This document shows, one piece after another, positions 63,060 through 64,000 of a stretch of 64,000 nt of DNA; position 1 is the first letter of the stretch; every line of letters starts with the position of its first letter. This DNA comes from Raja brachyura (Eukaryota), in NCBI GenBank assembly GCA_963514005.1, contig OY740790.1, forward strand, positions 16,244,001-16,308,000, in the 5' to 3' direction. The translations under genes were made by a program, and so were the position numbers. The notes beneath the pieces are model-generated. The model saw nothing but the letters and a program-made list of their open reading frames with translations. It was not told where the DNA came from and searched no databases.

Positions 63060-64000
63060 TGCTCAGTACTGATGCCCTGCAAAGATATGTTGTCATCCCC
63101 TTGCTATAATTATTGTACACTCACAATTATATAGTCAAGTTCTGTCATCACATTGGGCCAGATATCAAACAATGACAAGCTGGAGAACAGGAATGTGGCG
63201 CTGTCAAGACAACAAACACTCCCTCAATATCAGCTACATGAAGGAGCTAGTCAGTGACTTCAGGATGCAGGTGGCCTACATGGCCTGGGTCTGCAACAAT
63301 GGTGCTGAAGTGGAGATGGCTGGGAACTTCATGTTCGAAGGCAAAATATGCTGGTCCAACCACACCAAAGCTATTGTCAAGAAAGCACCCCAATGCCACC
63401 ATTTCCTCAGAAGACTTAAAGAAATTCACCATTTCTGCAATGATATTACTAATTTCCTTTGACACTCCAGAGAAAGCATCCTAAATTGAGAGCTTGAACG
63501 CATGCAACTCCAGATTCAAGTATAGCTGCTTCTTCCAAGTTTTTGAACAGATTCATCATAAACCAGGATGTGTGCCTCATTGGGCTGTGGCACTTTTTAT
63601 CTGCACTTTCTCTGTAGCTGTATCATTATATTCCGCAACGTTTCCTCTCTCTCTTCCCACGACCAGTTGTACTTGTGTGGTTTGATTGTACTTGTGTATA
63701 GTGTGATTCACCTGGATAATACACATGACAATAATAAACCAATACCAAACAAAAGTACTCTGGAAAGTTTCAGAATTATGATCACTCACTCTATACTCAC
63801 AACTATCCAGCTGTGATAACTGTGCGAACGTCATATTCCAGTTTGCCGACAATACCTCCGTTGTGGGACAAATTACAGATGATGATGTCAGAGTATCAAA
63901 GGGAGGTCAATCGACTGACCAAATGGAGCCAGTACAACAACCCAAATAATTGAGCCCAAATAATTGATTGTGGACTTTCAAAGAGGAAGAATGAAAACGG
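63060..64000 (+). mobile_element. two tandem Rex1/Babar-type fragments (63060-63755; 63780-end)
   Basis: WCQDN.LSLN, HFLRRLK, FQFADNTSVVGQIT motifs; Rex-type tail at 63720-63750. Confidence 0.72.

Overview
Eukaryotic, AT-rich vertebrate DNA. The repeat content (HE1/V-SINE-like SINEs, shark/ray-type CR1, Rex1/Babar and L1 fragments) suggests a cartilaginous fish, probably a skate or ray; this is an inference. Almost the whole window is one minus-strand gene, TPR (nuclear-basket nucleoprotein TPR). I mapped 48 consecutive coding exons by hand (orthologous to human exons 2-49). All are GT-AG and phase-compatible, and together they give 6813 nt (2271 codons); exon 1 and the last two exons lie outside the window. 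Exon numbering and size comparisons with human TPR are from recalled knowledge, not from an alignment. The introns hold CR1, L1 and Rex1/Babar LINE fragments, tRNA-derived SINEs, an internally deleted Tc1 element with about 270-bp TIRs, a small TA-flanked MITE and a 39-bp minisatellite. No prokaryote-type novel system is present. The best leads are a dispersed short repeat with a minimal hammerhead-ribozyme core (Penelope/retrozyme-like), a pre-miRNA-sized 28-bp hairpin in intron 5, an intronic CpG-rich island with CTCF/YY1-like motifs, in-frame micro-duplications in exons 34 and 35, a candidate poison exon, and inverted CR1/SINE pairs that could drive editing or back-splicing.
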